DNA of 64,000 nt, taken from the NCBI GenBank assembly GCA_011390955.1, contig JAABRM010000001.1:110694-174693 (forward strand). Direction: 5' to 3'. Shown here piece after piece: positions 58,409-64,000 of this stretch. Every line of letters begins with the position of its first letter. Position 1 is the first letter of the stretch. This stretch comes from Oscillatoriales cyanobacterium (GTDB taxonomy: Bacteria; Cyanobacteriota; Cyanobacteriia; Cyanobacteriales; Laspinemataceae). The translations under genes and the position numbers were made by a program. Below the pieces are notes generated by a model. It saw nothing but the letters and a program-made list of their open reading frames with translations, was not told the DNA's origin and did not search any database.

Positions 58409-59019
58409 GTTTCAGCCTTAAATATTCTACAAACTAACGAGAAAATGTAGACGCACGTTAGCAAATCGGCGGTTAGATCGCCGATGTTTCTAGACAACTT
58501 GAAAATTGACTAGGTAGATGCTTTTCTGATTCGCGGCCAAGGCCAGCGGAAAATTTGTCACGATTTCGCCAATTTTTCCGGCTGAATGAACAACATCAAA
58601 TTCAGCCGTCTGTTTTTTGTTTGCCCTTTCTACTAGCTTATTCTATGGTTAGGGCAACTGTGTATCCGATTCGCGCAACTTTTGCTCAAATTTTGGCCAA
58701 AGTGCAAAATTGTAGATCGATAGATCGGATCGACTCGAAGTACCCAACCCCTAAAAGTATGATTCTAGGCAGATTTATCAATGGTCGCGGCATATTCCCC
58801 GATCGCCGATCGCGGGTTTACCTGCCTTTTAATTATAGGTTGGTAATTTGTTACAAATAAGTTAAAAAAAACAGAACTTACGCATTAACCCTATCCGTAG
58901 GTATCCGTAGGGTGTTGTTCCGAGACGGTGACACACCAATACCCCATATATAGATTCGTTGCGTAAGTCCTAAAAAAGTAAAAATTAGAGGCGATCGCAG
59001 AGGAGGTGCAGGGGAAAAC

Positions 59020-59150
59020 AATTAACAATTGATAATTGACAATTGACAATTAAACACCACGATCGATTAACAATTGATAATTGATAATTGATAATTGATA
59101 ATTATCAATTATCAATTGTTAATTATCAATTATTCCCTCTGCGCCTGAAG
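59020..59150. repeat. Palindromic (AATTGAT)n / (ATCAATT)n heptamer array downstream of cydB
   Basis: aattgataattgacaattgacaatt...aattgataattgataattgataattgataattatcaattatcaattgttaattatcaatt. The same family occurs at 60255-60335, 38288-38343 and 6585-6655. Confidence 0.85.
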
Positions 59151-59181
59151 CTCCTCTGCACAAGACGCCACCTACAGCTAA

Positions 59182-60195
59182 TTAATCACCGTAATTATCT
59201 GTACTAACTTTACCCCGGAAAACAATATATTGATAGATATTGTAAAACAACATAATCGGGATTAAAAAGCCAATGAACACAATCATAAACACCAGGGAAC
59301 TGGTAGCAGCAGCGGCATCGTAGATCGTAATTTGGGTGGGAATAATATAGGGAAACACAATCAACGCCAACCCAGAAAACGTGAGTAAGAAAATGCCAAT
59401 CGTACAGATAAACGGGGTTTTCTCTTGTCGCTTGTTCAGGCTATTAATCAGTAGACCGATTAACAAAACGCCTAACAAAGGAATCAAGGCGAAAATATAC
59501 ACTTGGGGGGGATTAAAGAGGCGATCGCGAATTTGGGCAAAAAAGAGCGGAGTGGTAATCGTAATTAATCCCGCGCCCAATAACGTCGTCCAAGCGGCGA
59601 TTTTGGCAGTGCGGAAGTGAGTATTCTGCAAATCCCCGGAAGTTTTCAGAATCAGATAAGTAGAACCGATTAAAACGTAACCTTGAATTAACGTCAAAGC
59701 CACCAACAAAGAAGGCAAACTTAGCCAGTCCCAAGTATTGCCCACAAAATGTCCTGTTTCATCGACCGTAATACCTGCCAAAACACCGCCCAGGGCAAAT
59801 CCTTGACCGAGGGCAGCCAAAAAACTACCCGCACCAAATGCGAAATTCCACAACAATTTTCGGTTAGAATGTTCGCGAAATTCAAAGGCGACTGCCCGAA
59901 AAATAAAGCCGAAAATCATCACAAAAATCGGGATATATAGGGCATTAAGAATCGTGCTATACGCCAAAGGAAATGCCCCAAAAAGAGCACCGCCCATCAG
60001 CACTAACCAGGTTTCATTGGCATCCCAAACATTACTTAAGCTAGTCATCAAAATGCCCCGACGTTCCTCATTAGAAGCGGTGAGAGATAAGATTCCCACT
60101 CCTAAATCAAAGCCATCCAGCATGACATAAAGGAAAAGGAACAAAGCTAGAATGAAAAACCAGACTTGTGGCAGAAATTGATCCAAGGTTTCCAT
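59182..60195 (-). CDS. cydB: Cytochrome bd ubiquinol oxidase subunit II
   Basis: METLDQFLPQVWFFILALFLFLYVMLDGFDLGVGIL, the canonical CydB N-terminus, plus 8 TM helices. Confidence 0.9.
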   Translation of the reverse strand: METLDQFLPQVWFFILALFLFLYVMLDGFDLGVGILSLTASNEERRGILMTSLSNVWDANETWLVLMGGALFGAFPLAYSTILNALYIPIFVMIFGFIFRAVAFEFREHSNRKLLWNFAFGAGSFLAALGQGFALGGVLAGITVDETGHFVGNTWDWLSLPSLLVALTLIQGYVLIGSTYLILKTSGDLQNTHFRTAKIAAWTTLLGAGLITITTPLFFAQIRDRLFNPPQVYIFALIPLLGVLLIGLLINSLNKRQEKTPFICTIGIFLLTFSGLALIVFPYIIPTQITIYDAAAATSSLVFMIVFIGFLIPIMLFYNIYQYIVFRGKVSTDNYGD

Positions 60196-60309
60196 AACAA
60201 TTTGTGAAAGATAATAGGGAAAGGGAAGAAAGGGTGTAGGGTGTAGGGGAAGAGAGAATAATTGATAATTGATAATTGATAATTAAACATAATTATCAAT
60301 TGTTAATTA

Positions 60310-61701
60310 TCAATTGTTAATTGTTTCCAATTCTTCTCCGGGAACTGGGAGTTCTAAATTTGGGCCTTTGCGAATAATTCGGCTACCAAAAAATAGGGCA
60401 CAAATAAACAAAATAGAATAGACCACCGCAAAGAGAGTTAAAGAGGTTAAAACATTGCTTGGGGGCAAATTGCTGGCCGCATCTACGGTACGGATTTGCT
60501 CGTAAAGTGTCCAAGGTTGGCGTCCCACACAGCGAACAATCCAGCCAGATTCTACGGCAATATATCCTAAAGGTGCGGCAAAAATCCAGGTCGCCATTAA
60601 CCAACTTTGTTGACCAATTTTATCTTCAGCTAATTGACCTCGGATCCACTGCACTACAGTCCAAAACATTAAACCAGCTAAGAAGAAACCGATCGCCACC
60701 ATAATCCGAAAAGAATAATAGATTAATCCCACCATGTGCGGGCGATCTTCGGGTCGCCATTCTTTCAAACCCCGTACAGGTTCCGAAAGTTTTGGTTTCA
60801 GTTCCAGGATATATCCCAAAGCGTTAGGAATGGCGATTTCCCAATCATTTTTTTCAGCGGTTTCATTGGGGAGAGAAACCATACTCCAAGGGGCAGAATT
60901 GCCAGCGGGAATTGTTTCCCATTGGGCTTCCATTGCGGCGAGTTTTGCCGGTTGGTGTTGATAGACTTGTTCGGCACTTAAATGGCCAATATAAATTTGC
61001 AATGGGGCAACAGCGATCGCGGCGGCTAAAACAATTTTGAAAGACTTACTGAAAAACCCTTGATGGCGACCTTTGAGAATATACCAAGCGCTAATTCCGC
61101 CAATCACAAATAACGAAGTCTCCAAAGTGGCAAAAAACATATGGAGGACGCTATTCAGCATAAAAGGATTAAAAATTGCTTGAAAATAATCGCTGACCAC
61201 AAATTTGCCATTCACCATTTCCCCACCAGCGGGAGTTTGTAGCCAAGAATTCGCCGCAATAATCCAAAATGTTGAGAGGTTAGCGCCAAAAGCTACCATA
61301 ATTGTAGCGAAATAATGAATCGCTGGATTGACTTTTTCCCAGCCAAATAGCATAATGCCTAGAAAGCCCGCTTCTAGCATAAATGCCATAGAAGCTTCAA
61401 AGCCTAAAACACTGCCAAAAAAGTCCCCAACTGCTTCAGAAAATGGCGCCCAATTCGTGCCAAATTGAAATTCCATCGGGACTCCAGAAGCTACCCCAAT
61501 GCCAAAGTTGAGCACATATAGTTTTGCCCAAAAACGGGCATGATGATAGTAGTCAGGATTCCGAGTTTTTAACCAGAGTCCTTCGACAATTACCAAATAA
61601 ATGGCCATACCTGTAGTCAATACAGGCCATAGCATATGAAAGATAGCCGTGAGTGCAAATTGCATCCGCGAAAGCACTACGGTGTCTGAGAGAAAGTCCA
61701 T
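60310..61701 (-). CDS. cydA: Cytochrome bd ubiquinol oxidase subunit I
   Basis: MDFLSDTVVLSRMQFALTAIFHMLWPVLTTGMAIYL with heme-ligand context and Q-loop. Immediately upstream of cydB on the same strand. Confidence 0.9.
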   Translation of the reverse strand: MDFLSDTVVLSRMQFALTAIFHMLWPVLTTGMAIYLVIVEGLWLKTRNPDYYHHARFWAKLYVLNFGIGVASGVPMEFQFGTNWAPFSEAVGDFFGSVLGFEASMAFMLEAGFLGIMLFGWEKVNPAIHYFATIMVAFGANLSTFWIIAANSWLQTPAGGEMVNGKFVVSDYFQAIFNPFMLNSVLHMFFATLETSLFVIGGISAWYILKGRHQGFFSKSFKIVLAAAIAVAPLQIYIGHLSAEQVYQHQPAKLAAMEAQWETIPAGNSAPWSMVSLPNETAEKNDWEIAIPNALGYILELKPKLSEPVRGLKEWRPEDRPHMVGLIYYSFRIMVAIGFFLAGLMFWTVVQWIRGQLAEDKIGQQSWLMATWIFAAPLGYIAVESGWIVRCVGRQPWTLYEQIRTVDAASNLPPSNVLTSLTLFAVVYSILFICALFFGSRIIRKGPNLELPVPGEELETINN

Positions 61702-62052
61702 AATTGCCTTGATGATTTAGATCAACATTTATGGATTATACTACATATATAAGGAAATGGGAAATTAACAGAAAATTGATCTGACCGAATTTGTGGGCAA
61801 GGGGGTTTAGGTTCGCCATTTTCCGCCCGAAGCTGTGGGTCAAGGGAAAGGATACAGGCTATGGATCGTAATAGGTAATATATAGATATACTAGAGATAT
61901 TTTTTGATAGCGATGTAATTTTATAGCATATTTGTTCTAGGTTTTGATTTTTTTTTTGATTTAAATAAATTTAATATTTTTTTAACAATTTACTAAATCG
62001 CAAATTGCTAGAATTATTATAGCATTCCAACCTAAATACGCGATCGCCCACC

Positions 62053-64000
62053 ATGCAGATATTCACAAACTACATCAAAGCCATTGAAACTTCACTTCAG
62101 TCAGGAAACGCCACTGAACATACTTATCGCCCTGCGTTAAAAACTTTACTGGAGTCTTTTAATTCGGGGATTATAGCGGTTAATGAACCGAAGCGGATTA
62201 AATGCGGTGCCCCGGATTTTGTCATTACCGCTGGACAAATTACCCAGGGACATATCGAAGCCAAAGATATTGGGGTTTCTTTGAACAAAGAAGCGAAAAG
62301 TCAGCAACTCAAGCGCTATTTTAACGCCTTACCTAACCTAATTTTAACCGACTATTTAGAATTTCGCTGGTATGTGAACGGAGAATTAAGGTTAACGGCA
62401 AAAATTGCTCAATTTGGCCAAAAAAATCAACTGCAACCCAACCCAGCAGAAATCAATAAATTGGCGCAACTTTTGACCCAATTTTTGCAAATCGCTACGC
62501 CTCAAGTTAGCAGTCCCAAAGAGTTAGCCAAAAGGATGGCTAGTTTAGCCCAACTAATTCGCGATGCGATTAATACGGCATTGGCAGAAAAGGAAAAAGG
62601 GGGAATGCTGCGGGAGCAATTAGAGTCTTTTCAGAAAGTTTTGATTAAAGATTTAACTCCGAGTCAGTTTGCGGATATGTACGCGCAGACCATTTGTTAT
62701 GGGCTATTTGCCGCGCGGTGTAATACCGATAAACCAGCAACTTTTTCGCGAGAAACTGCCGCGTTTCAGTTGCCGAAAACTAATCCTTTTCTGCGGAGTA
62801 TTTTTGGCCAAATTGCCGGACCAGATTTAGATGAAAGAATTGTTTGGGCGGTGGATGATTTGGCGACGATTTTGCGATTAACGGATATGGCGGAAATTCT
62901 GAAAAATTTTGGTCAGCGAACTCGGCAAGAAGACCCGGTGGTGCATTTTTATGAGACGTTTCTGGCAGAATACGATCCAAAAATGCGGGAGTCACGCGGG
63001 GTTTATTATACTCCTGAACCTGTGGTGTCTTATATTATTCGTAGTGTGGATTATATTCTGAAACAAAAGTTTGGCATTAGTCAGGGATTAGCAGATGCGC
63101 GGAAAATTAAAGTGTCGGATCCCTCCAACCCCCCAACCCCCCTTGTTAAGGGGGGCAAGGGAGGATCTAAAAAGGGGGAGAATTCTGTGTCGGATCCCCC
63201 CCAACCCCCCTTAACAAGGGGGGAGAATCAAGAAATTCATCAGGTATTAATTCTGGATCCGGCAGTGGGAACGGGGACATTTTTACATGGGGCGATCGAC
63301 CATATTTATGAGAGTTTTAAACAGCAAAAGGGGATGTGGTCGAGTTATGTGAGTCAGCATTTATTACCTCGGTTATTTGGGTTTGAGTTGTTGATGGCAC
63401 CCTATACGGTTGCTCACATGAAATTGGGGTTGCAGTTGCAGGATTTGGGTTATGATTTTAGTTCTGATGAACGGTTAAGAATTTATTTGACCAATACTCT
63501 GCAAGAAGCGTTTCAAATTCCACCTGCGGATGGATTTTTAAACCGAATTCGGGATGAAGCAGAAGCGGCAAAAAAGGTTAAGGAAGATGTTCCCGTGATG
63601 GTGATTTTGGGAAATCCACCTTATGCTTATGATTCAGTGAATACAGACCCTTGGATTGTGGGATTAGTCCGCGATTATTATCAAGTGGATGGGGAATCTT
63701 TGGGAGAACGCAACCCGAAAGGCTTGTTAGATGATTATGTGAAATTTATTCGATTTGCGGAACATCGGATTGATTTAACAGGTTATGGAGTTTTGGCATT
63801 TATTACCAATCATGGTTATTTAGATAATCCCACTTTTCGGGGTATGCGTCAGCATTTGATGCAAACCTTTGATGAGATTTATCTGTTAGACCTACATGGA
63901 AATAGTAAGAAGAAAGAAGTTTGTCCCGATCGCACCCCCGACCAGAATGTGTTTGATATTCAGCAAGGGGTGGCAATTGGTATTTTTATTAAATCTGCCA
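62053..64000 (+). CDS. Type IIG restriction-modification enzyme (MmeI-like): N-terminal PD-(D/E)xK nuclease fused to gamma-class N6-adenine methyltransferase. Partial; continues beyond the window.
   Basis: Own translation (ORF runs off the window end): nuclease motif IKCGAPDFVITAGQITQGHIEAKDIG (D...EAK); MTase motifs VYYTPEPVV, ILDPAVGTGTFL (motif I) and VILGNPPYA (motif IV, NPPY). Confidence 0.75.
   Translation, partial: MQIFTNYIKAIETSLQSGNATEHTYRPALKTLLESFNSGIIAVNEPKRIKCGAPDFVITAGQITQGHIEAKDIGVSLNKEAKSQQLKRYFNALPNLILTDYLEFRWYVNGELRLTAKIAQFGQKNQLQPNPAEINKLAQLLTQFLQIATPQVSSPKELAKRMASLAQLIRDAINTALAEKEKGGMLREQLESFQKVLIKDLTPSQFADMYAQTICYGLFAARCNTDKPATFSRETAAFQLPKTNPFLRSIFGQIAGPDLDERIVWAVDDLATILRLTDMAEILKNFGQRTRQEDPVVHFYETFLAEYDPKMRESRGVYYTPEPVVSYIIRSVDYILKQKFGISQGLADARKIKVSDPSNPPTPLVKGGKGGSKKGENSVSDPPQPPLTRGENQEIHQVLILDPAVGTGTFLHGAIDHIYESFKQQKGMWSSYVSQHLLPRLFGFELLMAPYTVAHMKLGLQLQDLGYDFSSDERLRIYLTNTLQEAFQIPPADGFLNRIRDEAEAAKKVKEDVPVMVILGNPPYAYDSVNTDPWIVGLVRDYYQVDGESLGERNPKGLLDDYVKFIRFAEHRIDLTGYGVLAFITNHGYLDNPTFRGMRQHLMQTFDEIYLLDLHGNSKKKEVCPDRTPDQNVFDIQQGVAIGIFIKSA

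Overview
This window reads as a 64 kb chromosomal segment from a filamentous cyanobacterium. The evidence is HIP1 (GCGATCGC) sites throughout and many small dispersed repeat families. It is a mosaic of housekeeping genes (glgB, cydAB, hslO, GST, a PspA/IM30 protein, an MscS channel, a thioredoxin-domain protein) and accessory material.

The accessory regions of interest are:
(1) a four-gene, AT-rich candidate defence island at 28153-33550, with tightly coupled genes: a GNAT acetyltransferase fused to a PIN-like region, a stand-alone ASCH (PUA-like) protein, a McrB GTPase with an uncharacterised N-terminal domain, and McrC;
(2) a minus-strand operon at 6814-13222 encoding a two-partner-secretion (TPS-domain) hemagglutinin-like exoprotein, a TPR+CHAT caspase-like protease and a DUF928 protein; a second DUF928 paralog lies at 22667, a patatin phospholipase at 13593 and a MITE-flanked EEP nuclease/phosphatase at 14879;
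(3) a NACHT STAND NTPase at 39551-41944;
(4) a Type IIG (MmeI-like) restriction-modification gene at the 3' edge that carries an in-frame palindromic mini-insertion;
(5) a segmental duplication of an ECF sigma factor locus, one copy of which is fused in frame to a plant-type LRR ectodomain;
(6) a DevB/HlyD membrane-fusion protein with massive in-frame tandem coiled-coil repeat expansions;
(7) several MITE and short-repeat families, some nested inside one another and some extending ORFs in frame.

No rRNA, tRNA or CRISPR array was recognised.
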